Source of the DNA: Vitrella brassicaformis CCMP3155
Lineage: Eukaryota; Protista; Chromerida
Reading direction: 5' to 3'
Assembly: GCA_001179505.1 (NCBI GenBank)
Contig: CDMY01000273.1
Span: 1-64,000, forward strand
Length of the DNA stretch: 64,000 bases
The translations under genes and the position numbers were made by a program. Of the stretch, positions 22,701 to 38,105 are shown one piece after another. Numbering within the stretch: position 1 is the stretch's first letter; each line of letters starts with the position of its first letter. The notes beneath the pieces were generated by a model. That model did not search any database and was not told the origin of the DNA. It saw only the letters and a program-made list of their open reading frames with translations.

Positions 22701-25700
22701 AGCTTGGGGTGCTGGCTAACTGGCGCAACGCATGTCTCTCTCTGTGTGTGTGTGTTTGCAGAGAGCACGTGCTGCGTGTTGTGCGAGAGTACAACGTCAT
22801 CATCGACAACCTCGCCGTAAGACATAGAGATGCTCTATGTTCGCTGCTGCGTGTAGTGAGTATTACACATCGTGTCGATGTATGCAATGCAGCCCGAGGA
22901 GCGTCGGCTGTTTGCCCACCACATCAAGACGCTGGATCGTCGGATATCCCCCGGCATCCAGCGGCTGACGTGGAATTCCCAAGGCATCAAGGAGTTCTTC
23001 GTGCGCGACTCGTGCCGCGAGTGCAACAAGGTGTACGACTTCGTGCTGCAGTACAAGGCCAACCACCACAGGGTCAACGTGCTTTGCAAGAACATCAGCG
23101 ACAGGCACATGATCCTCATTGATAAGAAGACCATCTACACTGTCGAGGAGTTCAAAACGGTCCAGGAGAAGCACAGGGTTGAGATTGTCGACTTCCTCCA
23201 GAACACGCACGCCGAGATCACCGACACCATGCTCGCTACCTACCAGGTAAGCTGGTAAGTGTGTGGAATGGTTGGATGAGCAGCACCAACACATCCAATC
23301 CAATGTGTGTGCTGTTTTGTTTGTATTCAGTTTTTCGAGACGCATCCACAGGAGATCCAGCGTGAGTGGAAGCAATATGTCGACAAGATGGACAAAAAAG
23401 TGAGCAGGTCAAACCCTCTCCTTTGCACAACCGCAGCCATCACATCGATGGATAAATGGATGGATGGATGGATGGATGGCTACATAGGTCGAAGAGGCGC
23501 TCAAAAAGGCGGTTAAATCGTCGCTGCAGGACCTGTCGAAGGCCCTCAACTCTAGTGACGGCAAACGGGGCGAGATGGACATCGCTCCGCTGTTCAAAGT
23601 GCACGCCGTGCTTAAGGGCACCAAGATGGATTTTCGCCCGACGATGAGCCAGCTGAAGGACATGCTGCAGCTCATCTGTCGGGAGATGACCATGACCCTC
23701 ACTGTCGTGCCGCGGCTGTCGGAGCACCTGAGGGTGGAGAAGACCCGACGGGATATCCTGAAGAAGGCCGCGCTCGAGAAGGCCGGCGACATCGCGGGTG
23801 CGTCGGCCATCATCATTCCCGACGAGGAGGAACTCGCCAAGAGCCACAAAAAGAAGAAGTCGTTCTTCGACGAAATCTCCAAGGACGACGAGATTGTGCG
23901 GATCATCGTGCAGATCATGAAGGGGCACAACAACTGCGCCACCAAGCTGCAGGACAGACTCAAGTGGTGGCACAACTCGTACCAACCTATCGTGTCACAG
24001 GACAAGGACGCATTCATCAAACGGTCAGTCACGTCACGCACTCAGGCGAATGGCGATGAATGATGAATGAGATGCATGGAATGCCGTGCGTGTCTCTCTT
24101 CTCTGCCCGCTGCCAGCTATGCCCGCACTGAAAGGCCCCTCGCGGTGGTTGGCACGGACATCCAGCGGTACAAGGAGGTTCAGAGCGATATCCAGCAGGA
24201 GGAATTCAAAGTGAGTGAGACACAGATCAGATCTAAGCCGTCGATGAGTGCACTGCACGTGATTGGGCGTGTCGTCTCATCCGCACGATGTGTTCAGGTT
24301 ACGATATGTTTCATCGAGGCCGACTTCACACTGCTGAAGCAGGCGCTTGTGCAGCACTGCCAGCAGTGGCAGTCGAAGCTCACAGGCCTGCTCAACCAGA
24401 ATGCCCTCAAGGAGCTCAACGCACTACTCGACTACTTCCAAATCAACTCAAAGGTGAGCAAGGCAGGCAGGCCCGGTATTCACGAGAGGGAGACAAGATG
24501 GATACGCTCCATGGATGTGTGTTATCTCTTCAGACCCTGCTGGAGGCCCCCAAGACCTTAGACGAGCTCCGCCATCATCTCACCCTCTTCGACAAGTGCA
24601 AAGCCGACATACCAAGCCTCGAGGTCGATAGGAAAGAATTGTGCCTTCTGCCTCATGGCAACCACTCGGCTTGATCTTCGGCTGCAGGATCGCATCCAGC
24701 CTGTGGAGGACCAGTACGCAAAACTTGCAGAGTTCGACGGTAGGTCGCCACGAAGACACACATTCGTGCATTGGCGTGTATTCCCTCGTGCGTGTGTATG
24801 CAGTTCAGGTTGGCGATGACGAGGAGGCGATGAAGAAAAGCCTTCGGCCCGCTCTCGAGACATTCAAAACCACACTCGTCGAGGCTGACCAAATACTCGC
24901 CAAGTGAGACACACACACACACACGGTGGATGCATGTCTCTGCCTGCGTTCACTCTCCCGGCTGGCTTTCTTGGTGTTCAGGTCGAAGAAGATAATGAAG
25001 GCTGAGTTGGAGAGCAACCTTGGTCAGTTCCAGAAGCAGGCTGCAGAGGCGCAGAAGGTCTTCAAGGCTGCGGCGCCATTTGACGCGGAGGCGACAGCCA
25101 ACGAGAAAGCCTTTGCGCTGATCCAGAACTACCGCAGTGAGGTGGAGAGGATGCGGCTGACCGAGCAGGGCATGCTGCCCAAGATCGAGCTGTTCGGCAT
25201 GGAGGCGTCGCAGTACAAGGAGATCGACGACATGGAGAAAGACCTGCAGCTGCTGACCTCGATATGGACCATCAAGGAGGAGTGGGACGAGCAGTGGAAC
25301 GCGATGAAGACGGGCAAATTCCGCGACTTGAACGTGGACGAGATGGACACGATGGCGTCGACGTACCAGAAAAGGATCCAGAAGATGAAGGAGATCAAGC
25401 AGTGGCCCATCTGGACCCGCGCCAAGCAGGACATTGAAGACTTCAGGGCGGCCATGCCCCTCATCACCAACCTGAGGAGCGAGGCGCTTAGAGACAGACA
25501 CTGGAAGAGAATCAAGCAGGAGGTGGCCGAGCCCTTTGATGCTCGCTCGCCCGATTTCACACTCAACTCTGTCTTCCAGCTCGGACTCCCACAACACGCT
25601 GGTCAGCACATGACACATCGATAGCAGCTGGCATACATGGCTGATCCATTGATCAGAGTTGATTGCCCGTCTGGCTGACGAGGCGAGGAAGGAGTACAAG

Positions 25701-28700
25701 ATAGAGACGGGCCTCAAGGACATCGCAGAAAAGTGGGAGGACGTCCTGCTCGACATCGTCGTCCACAAGGAGGTGAGTAGCACAGAGAGGCTGCCAGCGG
25801 AAGTGGAGCACAGTGGCATTTACAAATTCAGGTGTACTACAAGCTTCGCACGTCAGAGGAGCTCTTCACGATGTTGGAGGAGCACATCCTTAGTCTGTCG
25901 TCAATGAAGTCATCTCAGTACTACCTGCCCTTCTCAGAGACAGTACAGAGTCACTTCCCCTTGTCCACAAGATACAAACTCACCGCCTTTCACCTTGTAT
26001 CGTCTGATCGATCAGGTCGAGCATTGGGAGAAGGCGCTGGCCAACATATCAGAGGTGATCGAGCTGACTCTCCAAGTGCAGCGGCAGTGGATGTACCTCG
26101 AGAACATCTTCGTCGGCTCCGACGACATCCGGCCGGTCTTGCCGCAGGAGGCCGGCTGGTTCGACGAGGTCAACGCAGGATTCAAGCAGATGATGGAGAA
26201 GATTTACCACGAGCCAAAGGCGCTCAAGGCCTGTTCCACCCCCGGGATGCTTGACAGTCTTATGGCCATGAATGCCAAGCTCGAGCGCATCCAGAAGTCC
26301 CTCGACGACTACCTCGAGAGGAAGAGACAGGAGTTCCCGCGTTTCTACTTCCTGTCCAGTGACGACCTGCTTGAGATCCTCGGCCAGTCGCGTGATCCCG
26401 AGATGGTGCAGAAGCACATCAAGAAGTGCTTCGAGGGCATCAAGGTGCTCGACTTGTGCCCACCTGGCAAGCAAGGCAACCGCACATGGGAGGCGCTGGG
26501 CATGGTGGCGCCCGACGGGGAGAAGGTCAAGTTTCATCCCAAGAGCGTCGTCATCGAGGGGCCCGTAGAGCAGTGGCTCATTAGGGTACGTGGCACACGT
26601 GCATCCAGTCCACCCCGTCCACATACATGTGATGTGTGTCGATTTAGGTAGAGAAGGCGATGAAGGAGACGCTCAAGCGGCTGTTGGTGATGGTGCACCA
26701 GGCCAACCTCGCCAAGGGGACCAAGAAGGAGAAGTGGATCAAGGACAACCCCGGCCAGCTCCTCATCACAGCCGGACAGATCGCATGGACCACCGACAGC
26801 GAGGCGGCACTCCGCAAGATAGAAAAGGGCGGCAAGAACGCTATGAAGCTCCTTAAGAAGCACCAGACTAAGTACCTCGCCAAGCTGACTGACCTGGTGC
26901 GAAAGCCGCTCAGCAAAGTGGAGCGTCTCAAGCTGGTCGCCCTCATCACCATCGAAGTCCACGCGCGAGACGTGCAGGTACGCAAACGGACATGCAGGCA
27001 TCATGTATTGGAGCTGACGGCAGCAAATGTCTACGAATCCTCTTTGATCTTGTCAGGAACGTTTGATCCAAATGAAGTGTGAGAATGAGAATGCCTTCCC
27101 ATGGAAGTCACAGCTGCGCTTTGAACTTCGCGAGGAGGTGGACTCGGCCGCTGCAGGAGGTGCGCCGCCGGCGGGCGGCATGACGTGCCGGGTCCTCCAA
27201 ACGGAGACACTCACGCCGTACGGCTACGAGTACCAGGGCAACAACGGCAGGCTGGTGGTGACGCCTCTGACGGACAAATGCTACATGACCCTAACGATGG
27301 CACTGCACTTAAAGCGTGGGGGTGCACCACAAGGGCCGGCGGGGACGGGGAAGACGGAGACGGTGAAGGACTTGGGGAAAGGGCTGGCCAAGTACGTGAT
27401 TGTGATGAACTGCAGCGACGGGCTGGACTACAAGAGCCTGGGCCGAATGTTCTCGGGCATGGCGCAGGTGCGGGGGGGAATGAATGGGTGCGCAGAGATA
27501 GCCCCATTCTGTCTGTCTATCTGTCTGTCTGTCTGTCTGGATGTCTGTGTCTATCTGTCAGGCTGGGTGTTGGGGTTGCTTTGATGAGTTCAACCGTATT
27601 GAAGTGGAGGTGCTGTCCGTGGTCGCGCAGCAGATCATGACCATCCAACAAGCCCTCAAGTAAGCAGTGCAGTAGAGCGGCTCCGTCCCTTCTTGTCGCC
27701 CACACACGATACATACGTCTGTCTGTGCCTTGGCTACTCATTCGACCAGGGAGATGCCCGACACGGATGACCCGTCTCAGCCGTTCAAGTTTCTGTTTGA
27801 GGGCCACCGCATCCGGTTGGACAGAGGGTGCGGTATCTTCATCACCATGAACCCAGGATACGCCGGCCGCTCGGAGCTGCCCGACAATCTCAAGTCGCTC
27901 TTCCGCCCCGTTGCCATGATGGTGCCCGACATGGCCATGATCGCGGAAATCATGCTCATGAGCGAAGGATTCAAGGACGCCAAGTCGCTGGCCAAGAAGA
28001 TGGTGACTCTCTACCAGCTGATGGTGCAGCAGCTCTCCAAGCAGGACCACTACGACTTCGGGCTCCGAGCCATTCGGTCGGTCCTCAACAGAGCTGGCTC
28101 CCTCAAACGTGCCGACCCTGACCTGCCAGAGCAGGAGCTGCTGATGCGGGCAATTCGAGACATGAATGTGCCCAAGTTCGTTGCTGAGGACCTGCCCCTC
28201 TTCGAGGCGCTGCTGAGCGACCTCTTCCCTGGTCTCGAGCTGCCTGAGGTAAGTGTGAGCTCACTCTCATTCGGTCTTGCGTGACTGGGCGTGTCTCTTC
28301 ATCAGCCCGAGTACGGGAAGCTTCAGGAAGCGATCGAGGCCGTGCTGGACGAGATGGGGCTGCAAAAGGTGCCTCAGATCATCAAGAAGACCATCCAGGT
28401 GAGCAGCTTTCCCGACACCAGAAGATGTTCGCGGCCTGCTTCCCTCTGTGCCTCTTTCTTGTGGGGTAGGTGTACGAGACGAAGCTGACGCGGCACGGAA
28501 ACATGATTGTGGGCCTGACGCTCTCGGGCAAGTCTACATGCTGGCATGTGCTGCAACAAGCCATGACAGCCCTCGCCAAGCAGGGCGTCCCGGACTTCGA
28601 AGCCGTCAAGTGAGTGAACCATCCGGCCATCCATCCATCCACCAACACTGCTGCGCTGCATTACATACATGGTGTTCGTTGTTCATGGATGCAGGACGTA

Positions 28701-31700
28701 TGTGATCAACCCCAAGTCGATAGACATGAATGAGCTGTACGGCTCGTTCGACCTGCAGACCATGGAGTGGACCGACGGCATTCTCTCATCGATTATGAGA
28801 ACAGCTTGCCAGGACGAGAAGCCTGACCAGAAGTGGATCATCCTGGACGGTCCGGTGGACACTCTGTGGATCGAGTCGATGAACACCGTCCTCGACGACA
28901 ACAAAATCCTCACACTCATCAACGGAGACCGTATAGCCATGCCACTACAGGTTAGGTTTCCTACTTGCCTGCGATGCCTTATGTCGTCCGCTCCGCTTCA
29001 CCATCCGTGTGTGTCAGGTGTCTCTTTTGTTTGAGGTTGAGGATTTGGCTGTGGCCTCCCCTGCCACCGTCAGTCGAGCGGGCATGGTCTACCTGGATGT
29101 CATCGACCTGGGTATTTGGAGGCAGCGCAGCACAACACCTGTGCACCGCACCGCCCTTACCCCTTGTCCCTTGTGTCAGGTTGGAAACCGTATGTCGACA
29201 CGTGGGTGACGAAGCAGACCTCCTTGTCGGGGGACCACCGCAGCCTTCTGGCTAGCTTCTTTGAGAAATACGTAGACCAAGTGCTCAAGGTACCGGCCCG
29301 CCCCATCTATCAGTCAGGCGGACAGACAGACACAGCACCCACCATTGCACGCACACACCTGTTGTCTTGTCTGTCTCTCATCCGTTAATTTGTTCATTCA
29401 TTCAGGCGCGCCGCGATCAGTGCAAGGAGGTGGTGCCCATCTCGGAGGTCAACGGCGTCATGTCTCTCTGCCGCCTTTTCGAGGTGTTCATACAGAAGTG
29501 CGACCTCGCCGCACACGGGGAGAACGCGGCCCGGGTGCTCGAAAGGATATTCGTCTTCTCGCTGATCTGGTCGCTGGGGGGCTCAGTGGACGGCGACTCG
29601 CGGCCGATCATCGACCAGCGGATTCGTGAGATCGACAACATGTTCCCGCCCACCCAGACGGTGTACGAGTATGGATTGAATTTTGAGAAGGGCGAGTGGA
29701 TACACTGGGAGGAACGACTACCAAACCCATACAAGTAAGTGCGTCTGTGTTCGCATGCGCGTAACTAACTTGACACCAACATGTGTGTCTGTCGCGTGCT
29801 GTGGATTGTGTGGGTGACACGGCAGGCCGTCCGAGGGTACCAAGTTCCACCGCATATTGGTGCCGACAGTGGACACGGTGCGCAACTCGTACATCCTGTC
29901 GGGTCTGGTGCACCAACGCTTCCACACCCTCTGTGTGGGCCACACGGGCACCGGCAAGACGTCGTGCGTGGCCTCAAGCATCCTGCAGAACCTCGACGAC
30001 CAGGTGTACGCCATGCTCACCATCAACTTCTCGGCACAGACCAACTCACTCAAAACACAAAACGTCCGCAGCCACTCCACACCATACAATACATAGACGG
30101 CGCGATTGTTTCACACAAGCGCTGATGGTTTGGTCATAACAGATTATTGAGGGCAAGTTGGAGAAGCGGATCAAGAATAAGTTCGGTCCGCCGGGCAACC
30201 GCAAGCTGGTGTGCTTCTGCGACGACCTCAACATGCCCCGCAAGGACACCTTCGGCTCCCAGCCGCCCCTCGAGCTGCTCAGACAGTGGATGGACTACGG
30301 ATGCTGGTACGATCGTTCGAAGCAGCAGCTCAAGTACATCCAAGACATGCAGCTCGTGGCGGCGATGGGGCCACCGGGCGGTGGCCGGTCGGTCATCTCA
30401 CGGCGGCTGGAGTCACGCTTCAACCTCATCAACTTCACCCTCCCCAGCGAGAGCCAGATCAAGAGAATATACAACACACTCGCACATTACAAGTTTAACG
30501 ACTTCAGGGAGGACCTGAAGCAGCTGGCGGAGCCGCTGGCTGCGGCGACCATCAGTCTGTACGACACGGTCAACAGCACCTTCCTGCCGACCCCCGACAA
30601 GCCGCACTACCTCTTCAACATGCGAGACATTAGCCGTGTGTTCCAGGGGCTGTACCAGGCCAACCACCAGATCATCGAAGAGAAGGAAAGCCTCGTCCGC
30701 ATGTGGTATCACGAGAACCTCCGCGTCTTCCACGACCGGTGGGCACGACAAAGGGAGGGAGGAAGAGGCACGATGGATGGATGGATGGATGGATGCGTGT
30801 GTGTGCAGGCTGATCAACACGCAGGACCGTTCGGACTTCAAGCAGATGGTTGACTCTGTGTGCGACAGCGTTCTCCAAATGCGGCTCAAGGACATCTGCA
30901 AGGACCAGGACGGTGACCCTATCTTCGCCTCCTTCTCGGTCAACAACCCAGACATGGAAAACGCCCCCTACGACCAGATCACCGACGCCGGGTTGCTACG
31001 GCAGTTCATGCAGCTCAAGCTGGAGGAGTACAATGAGCAGTGCAAGGGCGCCGGCATGGACCTGGTGCTCTTCAGAGACGCCATCGAGCACTGCTGCCGC
31101 ATCCACAGGGTGATTTCGCTGCCTAAGGGCAACGCGCTGCTTGTGGGGGTGGGCGGGTCCGGCCGCCATTCCATGACGCGGCTGGCTTCGTTCATCTCGG
31201 AGTACGATTGCTTCCAGATTGAGATCAGCAAGAACTACAGACACGTGGAGTTCCAGGAAGACCTCAAGAAGCTCTACCACACTGCAGGGGTCAGTGACAC
31301 AACTCATGCGCACACAGGTGCATGCATCGGTAGGTACGTCCATGTGTTTGTCAGGTGAAGGGCAAGGCCACCACTTTCCTGTTCTCTGACACGGAGATCG
31401 TCACCGAGTCGTTCATCGAGGACGTCAACAACCTCCTGGGGTCCGGCGAGGTGCCCAACCTCTTCGTGGCCGACGAGCTGAGCGCCATCCGCGCTGAGCT
31501 GGAGAAGCCCGCCAAGGAGGCCGGGGTGCCCCTCATGGCCGAGCCGCTGTATGACTTTCTCCTCAGCAGGGTGCGGGAGAACCTACACGTGGTCATCTGC
31601 ATCTCGCCCATCGGCACTGCATTCAGGAACTACTGCAGGTAAGCGAGGAGATGACACAACACAAGACAACACAGGGAGGGACAATCCATGGGGTGGGACC

Positions 31701-34700
31701 TTTCCCATCAGGATGTACCCGGCTTTGGTGAACAACACGACGATCGACTGGTTCCTGCCCTGGCCGGCGGATGCGCTCTCCGAGGTGGCCATCAAATTCC
31801 TGTCGGCGCCTTCCGACGAGGTGTCGATTGAGGAGGAGCAGCGCAAGGCCATCGCCGACATATTTGGGCAGTCCCACATGGCCGTCATTGACCTCAGCGA
31901 CCGCATGATGGCAGAGATGAAGAGGAAGAACTACGTCACGCCCACACACTACCTAGAGCTCGTCAAGGTATGGGTGTGATGTGATGGGGTATGCCTTGTG
32001 CTGGGAATGCGCTCTCTCTACCTGTCCTGTGTGTGTCGTGTCTCCCTCGTGTGCGTGCCTCCTCCCAGGGGTACGTGTCTCTGCTGGTTGAGAAGAACAC
32101 AGAGATCGGGGAGATGGCCAATAAGCTGCGGAACGGTCTGGACAAGCTGACGGAGGCGCGCATCCAGGTGGAGGAGATGGGAGTGGACCTCGAGAAGAAG
32201 AAGGACATCGTCGCCAAGAAACAGAAGGAGTGCCAGGACCTGCTCGTCGTCATTGTCGAGAAACGCATGTCGGCCGACGAACAAAAGAAACAGGTCTGCC
32301 TGCCTGCCTGCTCGCTCGGATGGCACACACGCCCACACAACCTTTGTGTTGATTGATGTGTGGACGAATGCAGGTTGAGGCGGACAGCGAGAGGATCGGC
32401 AAGGAGGAAGCAGAGACCAAGATCCTTGCCGACGACGCCCGTCGCGATCTCGCCAAGGCCATGCCGGCCCTCGAAGCGGCCATCGATGCGCTTGAGAAGC
32501 TGGACAAGAAGGCCATCTCGGAGGTCAAGGCCTACTCGAAGCCGCCCGACCTGGTGATGAAGACGATGGCTGCCGTCATGACGGTCATGGATAAGACGCC
32601 CTCGTGGCAGCAGGCCAAGCTGGAGCTCAACGACCCCGGCTTCCTCACCAAGATCAAAAACTTCGACAAGGACAACATCTCCGACTCCACTCTCAAGAAG
32701 ATCATCAAGTACACCAAAGACCCAGGCTTCACTCCCGAGGCCGTCACCAAGGTCAGCAGCGCCGCCGGCGCACTCTGCCTGTGGGTGCATGCCATGCGCC
32801 TCTACTCGGAGGTCTACCGAGAGGTGGAGCCCAAACGACTCAAACTCAAGATGGCGGAGGAGACACTGGCCAAGAAGCAGAGCGATCTCAAGGCGGCCAC
32901 TGAGCGGCTCAAGGACATCCAGGAGAGAGTGCAGGCGCTCAAGTTCCAGTACGACGAGTCCATGCGCACCAAGGACGAGCTGACAGCGAGCGCAGAGGAG
33001 CTCAAGGTGAAGCTCGAGCGGGCCGAGAAGCTCGTCACGGGCCTGGCTGGCGAGAAGGACCGCTGGGAGGAGTCAGTACAGGCGTACAACGAGCAGATAT
33101 CCTACCTACCCGGCGACTGCCTCGTCGCCGCCGCCTTCCTCTCTTATGCGGGGCCCTTCAACTCCACTTACCGGAACGACCTCGTCACGAGACACTGGGT
33201 GCCGTACGTCAAGGAGTACTCTCTGCCGCAGTCGCCCAACTTTGAGTTCGCCGGATTCATGTCCAAGCCGACTGATGTGAGGCAGTGGAATATCCAGGGG
33301 CTGCCGACGGATCGGTTCAGCACGGAGAACGGCGTGCTGGTGACGCGCACGAAGCGGTGGCCGCTGATGATCGACCCGCAGGACCAGGCCAACAAGTGGA
33401 TCAGGAAGATGGAGGCCTCCAGCGACTTGAAGGTCATCGACCCCAAGACCAAGGACTTCATGCGGCTGATCGAGCGAGCCATCGAGCTGGGCAAGCCCAT
33501 CCTGATGGAGCGAGTGCAGGAGGAGCTGGACCCGTCGTTGGAGCCGGTGCTGTCGAAACAGATCATCGACAGCGGTGGGTCGCTGTCGATCAAGATCGGC
33601 GACAACACGCTCGACTACAACCCGGCCTTCATGCTGTACCTGACGACCAAGATGACCAACCCCCACTACACCCCCGAGGTCTCCACCAAGACCACCATCG
33701 TCAACTTCATTGTCGTCGAGGCCGGTCTCACCGACCAGCTGCTGGGCATTGTCGTCATGAAGGAGGAGCCACGTCTCGAGGAACAGAAGGGCGAGCTCGT
33801 CGTCAAGGTCGCCGATGGCAAGAAGCGTCTCAAGGACCTGGAGGACGAAATCCTGAGGCTGCTGTCCGTCTCCCAGGGCTCGCTCATCGACGACATTGAC
33901 CTCATCAACACACTGCAGGAGTCAAAGACCATATCCGAGGAGGTGACGCAGCAGCTGGAGATCTCGGAGCAGACGATGAAGAAGATCGACCAGGCCCGTG
34001 AGGCGTACCGGCCCTGCGGTCGTCGTGCGTCGCTGCTGTACTTCGTGCTCAGCGACCTGACAAGCATCGACCCCATGTACCAGTTCTCCCTCGACGCCTA
34101 CAACGAGGTCTTCATCAAGTCCATCGATGTCTCGCGCGAGAAGAACCCCATGACCAGCTCCGTCGAGGAGCGGCTTGGCGTCCTCAACCAGTGGCACACA
34201 CTCGCCGTATACAGGTAGACATACAGACACGTGGCCTGCCTCAGACGGACTCCACTCCCACACATGAAGATTGCAATGCAATGCAATGGCGTATGTATGT
34301 GTCTCACTCAGGTACGCGTGTCGGGCGCTGTTCGAGAAGCACAAACTGCTGCTGAGCGTGCACATGGCGTCGAAAGTGCTCACTGCGGAGGGCCAGCTCA
34401 GCGCGTCCGAGTATGCCTTCTTCTTGCGCGGCGGACAGGTGCTGGACCGGTCGTCGCAGACGCCTAACCCCTCCCCCGACTGGATCAAACAGCCCATGTG
34501 GGACGGCATCACAGAGCTCGACAAACTCGAATCCTTCAAGGGATTTCCCTCATCATTCGAGCAAACACTCAGGTCAGCCAGGGATTATCACACCCGGAAC
34601 GCAACGAGACACATGTGAGTTATGCGGTTGTCTGCCTGCAGGGAGTGGAAGAAGTGGTACATGTCGGCGGAGCCCGAGAAGGAGGGTCTGCCAGGCGAGT

Positions 34701-37239
34701 GGGACACCCGCCTGGACCCGCTGCAGAAGCTCCTTCTCGTCAGATGTCTCCGCCCCGACCGGGCCCTGCCGGCCGCAACGAACTTCGTCGCCGCCAAGAT
34801 GGACCCCAAGTTCGTCGACCCTCCGCCCCCCGACCTCGAGTCGTTCTACGAGGCGTCATCGGCCACCGTGCCAATGATCTTCGTCCTTTCACCCGGGGTC
34901 GACCCCGCACAGAACCTCATGTCGCTCGCAAATGCGACCGGGATCAGGGTGGCGTCGATATCGCTGGGGCAGGGCCAGTCGGTCAAGGCGGAGAGGATGC
35001 TGCGCGACGGTGCGGCCCAGGGCTTCTGGGTTTTTCTGGCCAACTGCCATTTGTCGCTGTCGTGGCTGCCTGAGCTGGAGAAGCTCATTGACCAGATCGT
35101 TGAGGAGAAGCCGAGGCCGAACTTCAGACTGTGGATGAGCAGCGAACCGACGCCTAAGTTCCCCATCGCCCTGCTGCAGCGGTCCATGAAGATGACCACC
35201 GAGCCACCACGCGGCCTCAAGGCCAACCTGCAAAGGCTGCTTGTCCAGGTGTCCGATGAAGAATTCTCCAGGTGGGTAAACAACACACCCACACAAATGA
35301 CCACCTTTCTCCATTTTGTCTGTGTCTCAACACATACAGAGTGAGGATCCAGGCCGACAAGTACCGCCGCCTGTTCTTCAACCTCTGCTGGCTGCACTCT
35401 GTCGTCCTTGAGAGGAGGAAGTTCAAGACGCTCGGGTGGAACGTGCCCTACGACTTCAACGACTCTGACTTTTCCATCTCCGACAACATCCTGGCCATCT
35501 ACATCGAGCAGTACTCGCAGGACGTCCCATGGGAGGCCATCCGCTACCTCATCGCCGACGCGTCCTACGGCGGGCGCGTGACGGACGACCGCGACCTGCG
35601 GCTGCTCAAAGTCTACTGCAACGAGTTCTTCTCACCGGCAGCCGTGCAAGCCAAGTTCATGCTCTCCACACTGCAGACCTACTTCTGCCCGGAAGACCTC
35701 TCACTCGTAAGCTAGATGGAGCACGCTCACAAGAAGCTCTCTGTCTGTCTGCCTTCCCTCAGTCGTCTTTCCGCAACTATGCTCGCGAGCTTCCGCTGAT
35801 CGACTCGCCGGAGGCCTTCGGGCAGCACGTGAATGCGGAGATATCGTCACAGATCGCCGACACCAACGCCCTCCTGGCCAATTTGGTGTCCATCCAGCCA
35901 CAGGGCGGCGCCGCAGCCGCACAAGAGGGAGGGGGAGCCGTCGAGACCAAAGATGACGCCGTAAGTGGGCGTGTGCGTGGTGTTCGAGCTGCCTCGATTG
36001 ATTGTGCATGTTATGTAGGTGCTCCGTCTGTGCACTGCGCTAGAGGAGAAGATGCCCGAGGACATCGACTACAGGGAGATCTACCAGCGCAACGAAAGCG
36101 ACCCCTCCCCTCTGCGCGTGGTCCTGCTGCAGGAGATCCAGCGGTACAACAAGCTGCTGCGGGCGGTGCGGAGCTCCCTGGCGTCTTTGCAGAAGGGCAT
36201 CAAGGGGCTGGTGGTCATCAGCGAGGAGCTCGAGGAGGTCATGCAGGCCGTCTATGAGGGGAAGGTCCCAAAGATGTGGTCCTTCGCATACCCCTCACTC
36301 AAGCCGCTGCTCTCGTGGGTGGCTGACCTCACCGAGAGAATCGAGCAGCTCAACAGATGGGGGCTGGAAGGTACGTACGTACCGCTGCATAGCTGGGAGG
36401 GGAGAGACACAGTCAGTGCTGCATACTTACTGTGTCTTGCTGGCTGGATGCAGGTGCTCCCCGTGTGTTTTGGCTGGGTGGCTTCACTTATCCGACTGGC
36501 TTCCTCACTGCCCTGCTGCAGCAGTCTGCCCGCAAGAACGTCATCTCCATCGATGCTCTGTCTTTCGACTTTGTTGTCCAGGTCGGGTCGTTGATTGCAG
36601 CGAACCAACACCGGTGCAGTGGGTACTGTGTGTGTTGCATTTGGCGTGTGTACAGGCGACATCCGATGAGGGTCAGGTGCATCAGCCGCCCAAAGAGGGC
36701 GCCATGGTCAAGAGAATGATCCTCGAGGGCGCCAAGTGGGACTATAACGCCGGGGTAAGTGATTGAGGCAGACGCAGACCGACCGACACACGCCGATGTC
36801 TCCTCCGCCTTTGTGTGTGTGTGTGAAAATGTGTTTAGCATTTGAGCGAGCCAGAGCCGATGGAGCTCTTCGCTGACATGCCAATCGTCCACTTCAGGGT
36901 CAGTCAGTCAGCCCGGCAACCACACACAGTGACAGACGGAGACACGACTGTACTTCTGTGTGTGCATCCCAACGTTGATGCAGCCTGTGGCGAAGAAGAA
37001 GGGGCCGTCTGATGACATGTACGGCTGCCCGCTGTACCTCTACCCCATTCGCACGGGCACCAGGGAAAGACCTTCCTTCATGATCACGGTCAGCCAAAAG
37101 CTCTCTCTATACAACACCCTCGGTCGGCCCCAGTCAGTGTGAGCTCCTCTGTTTGCAGGTCGATTTGAAGTCCGGGTCGCGGGACCCCTCTTATTGGGTG
37201 AAGCGGGGGACGGCCTTGCTGCTCTCAAAGGCTGACTAA
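19751..37239 (+). CDS. DNAH2: Axonemal inner-arm dynein heavy chain, I1/f-beta class (DNAH2/DHC10 ortholog); dozens of short introns
   Basis: The tail has [16 protein letters not shown] and GPLDEIQFW (DHC_N1). [16 protein letters not shown] is DNAH2-like. P-loops: GPAGTGKT (27333), GLTLSGKS (28512), GHTGTGKT (29938) and degenerate GVGGSGRH (31146). The stalk/AAA5 exon spans ~32374-34214. The C-terminus is [37 protein letters not shown]. Confidence 0.93.
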
Positions 37240-37374
37240 GAGTTGGGGGGCGTGTGTTCTGTGTGTCCATTTGGGAACACTGAGGGTCTTTGCTGACTGG
37301 GCTGGGCTGGGCTGGGATGGGCTTGGCTTAACTGGGCTCTGCAGTCTTTGCTGGTGGGTATGTCGGGTGGGGGG

Positions 37375-37674
37375 NNNNNNNNNNNNNNNNNNNNNNNNNN
37401 NNNNNNNNNNNNNNNNNNNNNNNNNNNNNNNNNNNNNNNNNNNNNNNNNNNNNNNNNNNNNNNNNNNNNNNNNNNNNNNNNNNNNNNNNNNNNNNNNNNN
37501 NNNNNNNNNNNNNNNNNNNNNNNNNNNNNNNNNNNNNNNNNNNNNNNNNNNNNNNNNNNNNNNNNNNNNNNNNNNNNNNNNNNNNNNNNNNNNNNNNNNN
37601 NNNNNNNNNNNNNNNNNNNNNNNNNNNNNNNNNNNNNNNNNNNNNNNNNNNNNNNNNNNNNNNNNNNNNNNNNN
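37375..37674. other. Assembly gap (300 N) flanked by G runs
   Basis: Run of N with poly-G on both sides. Confidence 1.
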
Positions 37675-38105
37675 GGGGCATCTATCGCATGTTGGCACCC
37701 GCCTCAGGCGGGCGGGGGGGCGGGGGGGGGCATTTGCTATCTGTCCTACCTACCTATCGGCGGTGCTTTGCTCCTTCCCTCCACGTTTGCATTCTTTGCA
37801 CGAGGGTGCTTTATCGAGGGCTGAACCGCACCCACCCCACCACACCAGGAAGAGCATTCGTCCATGAGGGCACACCACCCATGCCATGGACATGACACAC
37901 TCCTGTCCTACATGCTCCTGTCTGTCTGTGTCGTCACACAAGACATGTGCTGCCTGTATCTGTGAGCTCAGATGTGACCTTCGCCCTAGCTACTTACTGC
38001 ACAGACACGTACTCACATGGACCAACCATACTGTCCAAATGTCATCGATTCTCACAGACGGGATGGACGGAAGCAATTAGTTAACTACGTGGCACCGCAC
38101 CCCAG

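Noticed and set aside
19691-36892. Many long minus-strand ORFs inside the dynein gene (for example 24950-25819 and 31963-32790)
   Set aside because: These are antisense shadows of high-GC3 coding sequence with no domain-like content.
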